Of a DNA stretch of 46,832 bases, positions 10,539 to 21,390 are shown piece after piece (the stretch's first letter is position 1; every line of letters starts with the position of its first letter). The notes below the pieces were generated by a model, which was not told where the DNA came from, ran no database searches, and saw only the letters and a program-made list of their open reading frames with translations. The position numbers were made by a program, and so were the translations under genes. Source of the stretch: Nemertoderma westbladi (Eukaryota > Animalia > Xenacoelomorpha). The stretch is taken from assembly GCA_032718475.1 (NCBI GenBank), contig JAUCBJ010008514.1, positions 1 to 46,832 on the forward strand. The letters run 5' to 3'.

Positions 10539-10663
10539 GTTTGTACTCTTTTGTACTATTTTTGCACTTTATTGTACTCTTTTGTACTCTTTTGTACTAT
10601 AGGCCTATTGTACTATTTTGTATTTTTTTGTACCGGTACTTTTTTGTACAGATTCGTCGGACC
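10539..10663 (-). repeat. Right arm of the 4133-4267 inverted repeat
   Basis: Ends TTCGTCGGACC. Carries two extra 6-bp insertions relative to the left arm. Confidence 0.85.
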
Positions 10664-11477
10664 GGCACTGCCAGACTGCTGCACACTGCACTGGCTGACT
10701 GGTTGACAGGGACAGTCTGACAGTACAGCAGTACAGTGAGCGGTGAGCCCCCAATTGACAAACAGTTCCCCATCTGCCCATGTCAGCATGTAGCCATGTC
10801 TGCATGTTCAGACTGTCAGATGTAGTGTAGCATGCATATTGCAGTATTGTACAGATGCAGGCCAAGGCTCTGTCAGCCTGTCCCTGTAAGACTGTAAGAT
10901 GCTACTGCTGTGCTGGTAAGCCTACTGAACGCAGGAGCGGAGCAGGAATGCTAAAGTCAGAAAGTAAAGATGTACAGGTTTGAGGAGGATTCATAACGAA
11001 CCTGCCTATTAACGTCCCCGGGCCAGGGTAGTTCTTATCAAGAGTTGAGCCGTTCAAAAACACATGTGTGTTGTGTGTATATCACATACCTCAAAAATAA
11101 AACCTCAAAAACTCAAGCAGGTACGCAAAAATTTAAAAGCAAACTCTACATAAATGTTGGTTGCGCAGACTACATATTTCTTTGTGGCGTTTCGACCACG
11201 AGGTCGAATAGCTGTTTTGAAAATTTAAAGTCGAATTTGACAGATTTCAACTCGTCGAGTATGCACCAACTTTTTTATTTGGTATATTCAGTCATCTGAG
11301 CAACATATTTAACCTCCGAATTTTTTCAAATATCGCCAATCTCACACATAACGTCGCCAAAATGTGTTATTACGGCAAAAAAAACGCACAAATTCGTCTA
11401 AAAGAAATAATTATTGGTTTGCAGAATAATATGATTCCACTAGAAAAGCCAGCAATCTGGCTCTAAAGAAGACCGTC

Positions 11478-12660
11478 TGTTTGCGCTTTTGAAGACCTTT
11501 GACAGTTTAACCTGCCAAAATTAGAATGTCTTTTGGATGATAGATAGTCTTTAGCCTATGACGAGTATTTGATACACTACATTAGCCGAAGCCAGTCTAT
11601 GCGCAATCATTCACCCGTTGGATTTACCCGGGAGACTGAGTTCGGGGCTTAATGATTGATGGTGTAAGCCTACTGTATTATTCGACTGATCGTAATATAT
11701 AATCTCTGACAAATATTATTCACTTTCGGGAAATATTAACAGTTCCTTTAGGACGTGGCGCTCTAAATATGTAAACAGAGTTATGGCTTAAACTAGACAC
11801 AACGAAAAGGCTATAGATTCACGTATATGGCGCATTCTTTAGGAGATGCTTTGTTATCAGTTACACTCATACACAATGCTGCACAATACTGCACACTAAT
11901 CTGCCGACCTTCACTAAATTTGGTCACGTATAAAGAGAGCAACAGACAATTTATGTTGGGCATATGAAATAGCATTAGATTCACTTCAAACCACTCAACA
12001 TAGGTCGCAATCGTTTATCTGTAACCGGTCTCTCTAACCTTTAGTATATCAAGAAGGTGGGGTGTCTGACTATTGATCAGTATTCCGATATAATATTTCA
12101 TCAACCAATATAATGAATAACCGACAGTAAAAGCAGTAATATTAATGTATAAATGATTATTAAGTGAATGAGTTAACTTGTGTAACTCGTGAGTAGTTAA
12201 GATAACAGATATACGTTCTATAATTAAGCCTACTAATGTAAGACTAAAGACTGAAAACACGGAGGTGCCGAAAGCCGATGTTCTTAGGCTCTGGGCAAAA
12301 ACATAACACTGAACTACTGAGTTCTGTATACACCTCCAACACAGAGACAAAAAACGCTCTGATTGGTCAACCGAACAACGAGAGAACAAAGAAACAAAGA
12401 AATGTCGACGTGGCAATATCAGCTGCTAGCCGTCGTCATGGTACTGTAGCGACACTGTTTTCAAGAGTATCTAGCTTATCGCGTCACGAGATTGCGGATT
12501 ATGTCCTCTAAAGTACAAATACAGTACAAATACAGAAGAAATGACTTTTATGTCCTCTAAAACACCAGTACAGCAAGGACACGGCCTTTTTATGCCTGGC
12601 AAACCAACTACAGAGTACTTTAAGGGAAAATAACCGGTTAATGATGCAAAAGCTTTTACA
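11478..12660 (-). repeat. 3' LTR (1183 bp)
   Basis: TGTTTGCGC...CTTTTACA; direct repeat of 23199-24376. By eye it differs by four substitutions and one 5-bp indel. Confidence 0.95.
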
Positions 12661-12668
12661 CCGCTCCC
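12661..12668 (-). promoter_or_regulatory. Polypurine tract (plus-strand primer)
   Basis: On the minus strand GGGAGCGG immediately precedes the TGTAAAAG start of the 3' LTR. Confidence 0.7.
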
Positions 12669-12738
12669 AGAAAATGGGATTTAAGTCTATAAAATATAAC
12701 AAATCACAGTTTCTAAAATATAAAAATACTCTAAACAG

Positions 12739-14258
12739 TTAGTCTTTCTTACGCGGACGGCGTTTACGCAGCCTTTTGAGGCTAGCAAGAGTCCTTTTCT
12801 CTTTGGGGCGAGCCACTTTACTAGGAGGGCTATAAATCCTGGGTGAAGGGTGCAATATGATTGCATCAGAAGGTGTAGGATTATGGTCGGGGTATCCGCC
12901 GTTTCGATATGCTTCTCCTCGAGCTGATTTTCTCCGCTCGTAGCTGGATACGTTCATCCAAAAACTCTCGCAGAGAATGGGGTTGTCTAAGTTCGATATC
13001 TTCTTAGAGATTCTGGATTTCACAATCGAACTGAGATAAAGACAATTCGTTTATCGCTTGGACTTGCTGTTACAACTTACGTTTATCTGAACAAACGCAG
13101 GTTTCCTTTCTGATCTTTGTAGAATAGCGTTTAACTCGTTTGGTACAACGTTCTCCGCCACTTTGGTGACAGATTATATCGTGTTAAGCCGGGACGATGG
13201 TAAGGGTTAAACGGCGATATTAAATGTCCGCGTCCCAATCCGGCTAGGTAGGATGGGCTAATATCTAGGAAGCCCACAACTGGGGTGCCACCGACTAATT
13301 GTTCAGGTAACACTAGATCTTTGAGCAGTGAGTACAGCTCGGGAGGATCCGTCATACTAATAGGATCAAGAGTCTGAAGTCTCACTAGGGAATGAGGAGT
13401 TCTGATCGAGTATTCCGAAACTCTGATCATTGGTTTATTTAAGGATCGTCTGAGTCGAACGAGCGTAGGTGATACATCGAACAAGTTTCGCTCGAAACTC
13501 CCGTAAGTATAGCGAGTAAAACCGTGTTTAAAGCAACGTCTCCGCGGATGTTTATATCTTTCCGTTTGTTGGTTGGGTCTGGGGCATTCATCGCAATAAT
13601 ACCAAAAACGCACGTCTTGTAGGGGAAACGCGAGTGATCTTTCTCCAGCTTACAATATTCCTCCATCCGTTCGAAGCTATCCGGTACAACAGGTAGCGAT
13701 CGATAGGCGGTAAGATACATCATAGTGGAATAGAGCCGTTTGAGTTCTACCATGCGGTCATGATGTATACCTTGAGGATATCGAGTTTCTAGATTCTGTT
13801 GACTGGTAATATCGAGATAGGTTTCTCTCAAGACTTCCAGGTATTTGGTGGAGTCGCTGCGTTTATCCGGCTCTTCGACATCTGCACTTTCGAGTCGGTT
13901 TCGAATAGAATTTTCGTGTTCGAGTCTCAGTTTATCGTTCCGCTTCCGCTGGGTATGATATTTAAATAAACTATTTCCCTTTGGTGTCTATATCGTTCGT
14001 ATCGTGTAGGTCGATAGGATGACCAGTAGTTAAGAAGTCCATATACGTACCATTACGATGCGTATAGCGAGCGGTGAATTTCCTATAGTCCAACTCACGC
14101 GTGAGCTGCTCTTGGGACATTGGCGGTTCGATATAACGACCATCGTCCTCCGCAGCAGTTGGACCAGCGTCACCACGTATCAAGCTATCAACAAACGCTT
14201 GTAAAGGTAGAGTATATCGCTCTCTGATACCAAGATCATCTTCTATCAACTCAATCAT
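12739..14258 (-). pseudogene. Cluster of four co-oriented accessory ORFs in the 3' (env-like) position of the BEL element; frameshifted or spliced; product unknown
   Basis: ORFs 13971-14258, 13439-13831 (frame open up to about 13990), 13131-13613 and 12739-13023 tile about 1.5 kb of GC-richer sequence on the element's sense strand. Confidence 0.45.
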
Positions 14259-15094
14259 ATCTGCTATATAAGTTTATCCATATTATAATGAGTTTATATT
14301 TAGGCGAGCGGGCGTCGCTGCCTACCCCTCTCTGCCCCCGGACAGTGCGAGATCCTCAGCGCTGGTGTACTTTCGCCGATGTGCCTATCGCCAACGTCGT
14401 AGCTGCACAACGACTACAACAACCAGCACGAGCCACTCCACCGTCCGTCCCAAAGGCTTAGATATACTTCGGGTTCTTACTGGAGAGTTAGGGTTACTTT
14501 CACAATTGCGACTCGCTACTGTAAACACGCCTTAGTAGTAACATTCACCTACAAACGCACAAATTCCACGTAAGAGTCACAAATGGTACACATTCTATCA
14601 CACATTTGGGTCATTTGTCCGTTAGTCAAGTGCCTTCCAGAATGTCACGTTGTTATTATGTATTCTTGGATACTAGCGGTGTGCTATTTAATCACTATGC
14701 TATTCAATGGGGCATGCTTTCTATTGTTCTTTTAACTCACTTCTAATTCTAGCGTGGTTGTTGCCATGGTGACATTATGGAAAGCTAGCGGTAGAATTAG
14801 GGTAATTCTCATGCATACAGATCTGGGATGCTATTTAATAGTAATTCTTTAATGGTCAATATCCCCTTTATACATGATTCTATGAATTTTATCGGCTATT
14901 GACTATGCATTGGAGATTCTCGCACACAAATACACTTAATAGAGTGAATCTCCGCTCCCATGATCTATTAATTAATGGAATTTTGGGAATGTTATAAATT
15001 GTACAAAATGACAATTTATTAAATTCATTGAAATATATGAATTTAAATTTATTCCCGTAAATTTTATTATTTAATGTTAAATTGACACAATTTG

Positions 15095-15570
15095 ATTCCA
15101 GAACGTGTCTGGGGACTGGGATCCTTGATTCTAGGAATTTTGTCCTTTTAAGAGTATCGGTAAGTGCTACGATATCTTAATCGACTAGAATTTTAAAGGA
15201 TCTGATATTTGACAGATTTTTGTAAATATTAATAATTAATATTTAGGATGGGCACCAGTTTATTCCAGAACTTGTCTGGGGACACAAGATCCTTAATTCT
15301 ATAAAAATTGTCTTTTTAAGAATATCGGTAAATGCTACGATGTCTTAATTGACTAGAATTGTTGAAGGATCTGAATTTTACAGATTTTGATTTATTAGAT
15401 TTGCAAATATTAAATAATTAATATTTGAGATGGGCACCGATTTATTCCAGAACTTGTCTGGGGACGTTAACCACTGATTCTAGAATTTGTCTTTCAAGTA
15501 TATCGGTGGGTGCCGCGATATCTTAATCGACTAGAATTACAGATGGTCAAAAGGTTTAACAGATTTATTT
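15095..15570. repeat. Three diverged 167-182-bp tandem units with conserved nested inverted repeats
   Basis: Units start ATTCCAGAAC at 15095, 15262 and 15444. Each contains ATTCTA(G)...CTAGAAT and TATCG...CGAT(A/G) pairings. Confidence 0.85.
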
Positions 15571-16085
15571 GCGTTTCACGCTACTGTTAGAGGGACATCA
15601 CGCTACTATATGTATTATTTAATATACGGTATGAGAGCAATATCGCACGAAGCAATGTCAGTGTGAAGAGGCAAGTCGTTTCCAAGGTCTACCCAGAGCT
15701 TGGTTTAGCCGAGACACGAGGATCTGAACTTTGCATTCCTAATACTCTGCCTACCAATAATACTTAAATATAGTAGTGGCTTTATTGTACTTTAATAAGT
15801 ACGGATATTTCATCTTACTGTAGTCACGTATTTATAATATGATACGGGCAGTAAGGAAAGAGAAAAAGAATTATTTCTCGCCGTCACACTAAATATATAA
15901 TATACGTAATTAAATAATAAACGCGAATATATATTGCACTAATCTACTAAATAATCTCTAAAATACCATACTACTAAATAAAATTAAATAAAACGATTAA
16001 AATAAAATGACATAATAATACATACATAAATATAAAAATAAAACAAATACAAAATAATAGAGTCACACACCCACTCCATATGTTG

Positions 16086-19000
16086 TTACGTTATGGAGTC
16101 CCTAGATGTTTGAAGGATTAGGGAGGTGGTCGTGGGAAGAGAATCTTGCCTTCCACAGTTTCCGGCGAGTCCTCCATTCCCTTCCGGTAAACACAAACGA
16201 CCGACTGGGTGATTGAGTCGCTGCATCCCGAATACAATTCCAGGTTTCCTCTTCGTCCTGGAATAGTGACGATAGAAACATCGCTCTAGGTACACGACGG
16301 CCTTACAAAGCCGATTCCAGGAGCTATAGTGGTCCGTCGCTCCCTGCAGGAGAGGTGAGAGTCCCTGCGAGACGTCTGATGTTCCAGAGCTCCAATCGCT
16401 CTCTCTGATCTTCATGAAGGATCCACTCGCGGTGGGGAGGTCCAGATCCACGGCGTCGTCCCTGGCAATATGTAATACCGACAGATCTATCCCGGGTTCA
16501 AATAACTCCGATCCACCCGTCCGGGTTTTAGGTTTGACTTTTTCTGCTCCCTTGGCTGATCTAATCTCAGTCGGAGTAAGATGGGGAGGCCATTCATCCT
16601 CCTTACTCAGGAAGTCGGGTTCACCTAACCGGTCTGTAGTATCTGTCAGTTCTTGAGGAGTTGCTCCTCTGGAAGCGATGTCAGTTGGATTAAACTTCTT
16701 GGGGCAATATCTCCATTGATCTACATTGGAGCTAATATCGTCATTATCTGAGGAGTATGGTGTTCCCTCAGTTGGGTCGTCTCCCTCACTAGTATCATCT
16801 TCCCATTCACTCACCTGGAAGACGCGATCTTGAAGCAGTCTTTCTCTGAGCGTTCTTCGGGAAGGTCCAGTAAGGTACCAACCTACTCTAGTTCTTACCG
16901 CATAGGTCTGAAGTGGTTGCGGTTGAGCAGGTCGTTTCTCCAATGTCTCCAGCGCCTCATGCGCGTTTTGACCGATTAATATTTGTACTCCAGGATAATC
17001 GGTGTCGAATCTAGGAATGTTAAGTTGTTGGGCATGATCATCTTCGTCCCAATTATAAGGTTCCACTTGGGTGGTAGCGAAGTTCTTTATTGCCACCATT
17101 TTGACTGACCTTATACTGTGTTCTCCTAGTTTATCCCGTGGAGTGGACAACTCACCTATATAATAGTCGGCAGCCACAGCAGATTTCCAAACCTGCATGA
17201 TCCCTGACATGTTTAGCTTGGTTCGGAACTTGGGTTGTCCAGCAAAGATGTCTTCGGCTAGTTCTTTATCGATGAATGTTCCTGTGCTGCCGGAGTCCAG
17301 GAGGGCGTTCACTATATAGCTCTTCTGAGGTCCGTGGACCCGTAACTGGACTACAGGAAATTCTCGGATTCCTACATTTGAAGTTGGCGCTTTCCAAGAT
17401 TGTTGTTGATCTGAAGTAGTTAGGGTGAGGTCGCTGTCTGTGTCTTTCTCATACATGAGTGCTCGATACACTGCGGTGGTGTTTATTAAGTAACAGGATT
17501 CGTTTTGGTCGGAGAATTCGTCCGTATAGAATCCTTCCATCTCAGAACTTTGGTCAGTGTCGTTCACATCACTGAATTGGACATGTAGTTGTTCGGACTC
17601 ACTTACCTGACTCGGGCTGCTTCGTTCGAATTCAGTGTGCAACAAGATATGATGTTTTGCACCGCACTTTGCACACCTTGCGTCGGAGTAACAGGTTCGC
17701 CGTTGGTGTCCTCGTCTGAGGCAATTATAACACAACCGCTTATCCCACATGACTTCCCGTCTCTCTTTTAATGATTTCTTTAAGAATTCATTGCACATAT
17801 TCAAGCGGTGGGGCCCGTCGCACAGCACACATTTGGGTTTGATGTTACTTACTTTAACCTGTGCTGTGTGGTGCACACTTGTTCTTTCCTCGGGCTTTCT
17901 TACATGAATTCTCTTGGGAGACGTAGGAGGTGTTTTTCTTACCGGTTCTCTTCTGTCATTGGGTCGAGACTTGAATTTACTTACCTGTTCTATATGCGCT
18001 TTATTGTCATAGTAAGATCTTTCAGTGTCTTTCCCGCTATCCTCTCCTTGAGAAGTCTGGCTTTCGCCGTCGTCTGTATAACACACTGGTATTACCCTTC
18101 TCCTAGAAACGGGTTTCTCACTTACCTTGTTTTCCAGTGTCTTCTCTCTGGACTGCCTTAGGAGCTGTAATTTCACTTCTCCATCTAGGAACGACATGAG
18201 ATCAGCCATGGTAGGGTCTCGTCGTTGTTGTTCCATCATATATAACACTTTCTTATCCCAGCGTGTACCTACTCCACCCTTCGGTAAAGTAGAAGCCACT
18301 GCTCTAATAACCATAGCACTCTGATACTCATGAGACTTACCTAGCCAATCTAATTGTCTGCAGATCTCCTGAATCTCATCGGAAAACTCTATAATCCCGC
18401 TGCTCATAAACTTTCGGGGCGCCACTAACTTTGCATACAAATACCCAGCTATGTTATTCCTATTACCATACCTGATGTTTAGTGTATCCCAAACTTGTCT
18501 TAATCCGTCTGGATGTCCAATAAACTTTAACGCCATTAACTTGGGAGATCCTTCCAAGCACTCGATGAGGAATCTAAGTTTCTCTCCATTAGATAGCACA
18601 GAGTTCTGTATGTTATCTTTGTAATATTCATTAAAAGGTAACCATTTCATCTCATCTCCATTGAACTTGACGATCTCTCCCACCTTTACCGCTTGCCGGG
18701 CTTCGGTTCTAGCCATTTGACGCGTAAAACTTTCTTGGGCCATCGTGTTATTTAATATCGAGTTATCGGTATATAAATTTCTCGGATTATGATCCGGTCT
18801 ATAGGGAATATCATTATCAACAGGTCTATAATTACCCTTAATAGGGTTCACTATAGGAGTTTCTACTTCGCTAGCAGTATAGATGCGTGTAGGCTCCACA
18901 CCTTGCGCATGAGATACTTCAGACCTAACAGGTTGACACATTGTTACAGGGGGTGGTGGTATACCCTTTTGTGTATTTACTAATTTATCGCGTTCTAACG

Positions 19001-20696
19001 CGATACTTTGCTGCACTTCTTGCAACTCTAGCCTACTTTCCCTTACCGTGCCCTTGAATTGCTGAACGGTCTCCTGCATCTGTCCGAGCAGGAGATCCAT
19101 CCCCCGTCGTCTCTCATCCACCCATTCGACCGCTGAAGCGGGATTCGCCAACGTTGTAGCGGGCGGACGAGGGACAACGGGCGACAAATCTTGAATATTT
19201 CGCTCGGAATCCAGGGCATGAACTGTCTCATGGGCCGTTCTGCTGGGCACAGGTAGCTTAGTGCTGTGCAAAGGGAATTGAGAGGTAGGTTCAGGGAGTA
19301 CAGGTGTCTCTACGACCGAAAGGGTGGCTTCGGGAACAGGCCTAATTATTTCAGGCTCATCTACTATAGTAGGGAGTCTCTCTATTGTAATTATTTGGTC
19401 TGTGGGTTCTGTACTACCTAAGTTGGTGTTATTTAGTTGCCTTCTAACAGCTGGAGGCAAATCAGGCAATTTTTGACGGTGGGATGTTCTTTTACGTCTG
19501 CTTAGGCGAGATCGATTTCCTCCGCCTTCAGTGTCGGTGGTATCGCCTTCCTCAGATGATGTATAACCCTGTCTTTTGGGAGTAGATCGATTCATCATCT
19601 GCATATTACTAGCTGTTAACTGTTTATTAAAGTTGTCTTGTCTCTCTTGAAGATTTTCCAACTCTAGTTGGGCAGTCTCTTCAGACGCCTTTCGTTCTGC
19701 TTCTGCCACTGCAGCTGCCAAAGCCGCCTTTCTTTCTGCTTCTGCCACTGCAGCTGCCAAGGCCGCTTTTCTTTCTGCCTCTGCCACTGCCGCTTTTCTT
19801 TCTGCTTCTGCCACTGCTGCTGCCGCTGCTGCTATCTTTCTGTCTTCTATACGTTTTTTCTTTACTTGTTCTTCTTGAACCTTAGTGATGCGGATGCTTT
19901 CATCAAATTTAGCTTGGTTCGCAGCTCTCATATCCACATCGATGGCGTCCAACACACGCTGGGCTCCTTCGCTATTAGGGCTAAGTCCCTCTAGCCTTCT
20001 CCTCAACTCTTCATCTCCCACAAAACGCTGATAGTCTGACAGGTAGATATCAATGGCATCCTTCTTATGTGGTTTCTCTGCCGTCGCTTCACTTTCCACT
20101 TGGGAAAAAGTAGCGTCTGTTGATTCTCCATGGGTTGAGCGCTCCTCCAGCTGAGCTTTCCACTGAGCTGTTCCTTGAACCTGGCGACTCACCCGTTGAA
20201 ACCAAGTCTTTACGGCAACTTGCAACGACGTGTCTTGTCTTCTTTTAGAAGCCTCCTCAAAGGCCGATAAGATTAGCCTAATTCGCAGAATTCTTTCTCT
20301 AACTTGATAAAGCAGTTGTCCCTGCTCTTGAGGTCCTTGAGGTTGTTGAAACAGTTGTTTTTCTACTCGCTCCATAGAGCTGAAGAATCCTTGTGCGTAT
20401 CCGGCTGCGGACCTCTTCCATACAGCTGGATCGATGGTTTCCTTGGCTACTCCCATCCGGTGTATGTCTTCCCAGGCAGCTTCTGATAAATCAAACGGGA
20501 GTCCGGGTCCAGGGAAGTTCCATTGCGACTCGACCATAGACTTCAGTTCTTCCCTTGTGTATCCCTCATAACTATCTTTAGTTGATCGCTTACTTCTCGC
20601 CCAATCGATCTGGTGTTCTTCCACCGCGATCAATAACCTTGTGAGTTCGGCTGCAGGAAGGATGAGAAGGGGATCCGAATAAACTGCATCCGTCAT
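16086..20696 (-). CDS. BEL/Pao Gag-protease polyprotein with internally deleted Pol (1536 aa)
   Basis: Contains a DUF1759-like capsid region (FNGDEMKWLPF...LSNGEKLRFLIECLEGSP...LNIRYGN) and the BEL triple zinc knuckle (CVLCDGPHRLNMC, CYNCLRRGHQRRTC, CAKCGAKHHILLH). These are followed by aspartic protease ALLDSGSTGTFI, the post-protease motifs ILIGQN and AVRTRVGWYLTGP, the end-of-RNase-H motif QWRYCPKKFNPTDIASRG...PDFL...WP, and YSSWNRLCKAVVY. No RT catalytic motif and no integrase are visible. Confidence 0.92.
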   Translation of the reverse strand: MTDAVYSDPLLILPAAELTRLLIAVEEHQIDWARSKRSTKDSYEGYTREELKSMVESQWNFPGPGLPFDLSEAAWEDIHRMGVAKETIDPAVWKRSAAGYAQGFFSSMERVEKQLFQQPQGPQEQGQLLYQVRERILRIRLILSAFEEASKRRQDTSLQVAVKTWFQRVSRQVQGTAQWKAQLEERSTHGESTDATFSQVESEATAEKPHKKDAIDIYLSDYQRFVGDEELRRRLEGLSPNSEGAQRVLDAIDVDMRAANQAKFDESIRITKVQEEQVKKKRIEDRKIAAAAAAVAEAERKAAVAEAERKAALAAAVAEAERKAALAAAVAEAERKASEETAQLELENLQERQDNFNKQLTASNMQMMNRSTPKRQGYTSSEEGDTTDTEGGGNRSRLSRRKRTSHRQKLPDLPPAVRRQLNNTNLGSTEPTDQIITIERLPTIVDEPEIIRPVPEATLSVVETPVLPEPTSQFPLHSTKLPVPSRTAHETVHALDSERNIQDLSPVVPRPPATTLANPASAVEWVDERRRGMDLLLGQMQETVQQFKGTVRESRLELQEVQQSIALERDKLVNTQKGIPPPPVTMCQPVRSEVSHAQGVEPTRIYTASEVETPIVNPIKGNYRPVDNDIPYRPDHNPRNLYTDNSILNNTMAQESFTRQMARTEARQAVKVGEIVKFNGDEMKWLPFNEYYKDNIQNSVLSNGEKLRFLIECLEGSPKLMALKFIGHPDGLRQVWDTLNIRYGNRNNIAGYLYAKLVAPRKFMSSGIIEFSDEIQEICRQLDWLGKSHEYQSAMVIRAVASTLPKGGVGTRWDKKVLYMMEQQRRDPTMADLMSFLDGEVKLQLLRQSREKTLENKVSEKPVSRRRVIPVCYTDDGESQTSQGEDSGKDTERSYYDNKAHIEQVSKFKSRPNDRREPVRKTPPTSPKRIHVRKPEERTSVHHTAQVKVSNIKPKCVLCDGPHRLNMCNEFLKKSLKERREVMWDKRLCYNCLRRGHQRRTCYSDARCAKCGAKHHILLHTEFERSSPSQVSESEQLHVQFSDVNDTDQSSEMEGFYTDEFSDQNESCYLINTTAVYRALMYEKDTDSDLTLTTSDQQQSWKAPTSNVGIREFPVVQLRVHGPQKSYIVNALLDSGSTGTFIDKELAEDIFAGQPKFRTKLNMSGIMQVWKSAVAADYYIGELSTPRDKLGEHSIRSVKMVAIKNFATTQVEPYNWDEDDHAQQLNIPRFDTDYPGVQILIGQNAHEALETLEKRPAQPQPLQTYAVRTRVGWYLTGPSRRTLRERLLQDRVFQVSEWEDDTSEGDDPTEGTPYSSDNDDISSNVDQWRYCPKKFNPTDIASRGATPQELTDTTDRLGEPDFLSKEDEWPPHLTPTEIRSAKGAEKVKPKTRTGGSELFEPGIDLSVLHIARDDAVDLDLPTASGSFMKIRESDWSSGTSDVSQGLSPLLQGATDHYSSWNRLCKAVVYLERCFYRHYSRTKRKPGIVFGMQRLNHPVGRLCLPEGNGGLAGNCGRQDSLPTTTSLILQTSRDSIT

Positions 20697-21140
20697 CTTT
20701 GCTCCGCGCTCGGGTGTCAGCTCTACAGTATCCTCACTACTGGAGCTGTTGGGCCGCTGAGAAATAAGTTCTTGGCGCGCGGGTTGTTGCTGTTCCGCTG
20801 CTTCTTGGTCCCGCTTGACCTGAGCTCGAGTGCCTATGATAGACCTACGATGTGGACCAGCCTAGGTTCTGTTATTACTACTGGAGGGATGACTTTCCTC
20901 ACAGTGGGAGGTGAACTGAACTTAGGACTAGACGGTTCTACACCTCTATCTGAGTCACAGATAGTTACATCTAATAAACTGTCTGACAGGTTCTGCTTAG
21001 TATCAGACATGTTTGTTTACACAGTTGAATGTCTACTGCTATTACAGTCTAAGTAAGTCTAGTAATTCAGTATTAACTGCTAGCCTAGTAATTAATTACC
21101 GATACTGCTACTCAGTGTAGCGTGATATATAATATATTAG

Positions 21141-21390
21141 TATACCGGTATGCTTATAGTATATATAAGTATTATTACAGACTAGCTTATCACAGAATAC
21201 CGGTAGGTAATTTTAGCACAAATATATATATATATATAATAGGCCTATCGTGGATACCGGTATGCAGTTTACACTTATAGTATATATAATACAAGTATAA
21301 TTATTAACTAGAATTAATTACAGAATACCGGTATGATTTCAGCACAAGTATATAAATATATAATAGGCCTATCGTAAATACCGGTATATC
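21141..21390. repeat. Diverged ~123-bp tandem duplication in the element's 5' leader
   Basis: TACCGGTATGC...TATAGTATATATAA...CAGAATACCGGTA...AGCACAA...TAATAGGCCTATCGT occurs twice. Confidence 0.75.

Noticed and set aside
12015-12416. 133-aa ORF duplicated at 23736-24137
   Set aside because: It lies within the LTRs, so the duplication reflects LTR identity rather than coding constraint; non-ATG start and no domain.
13971-13990. AAAGGGAAAT as a programmed -1 frameshift site
   Set aside because: Joining the two ORFs needs a +1 shift, and the heptamer is not phased for -1 slippage.
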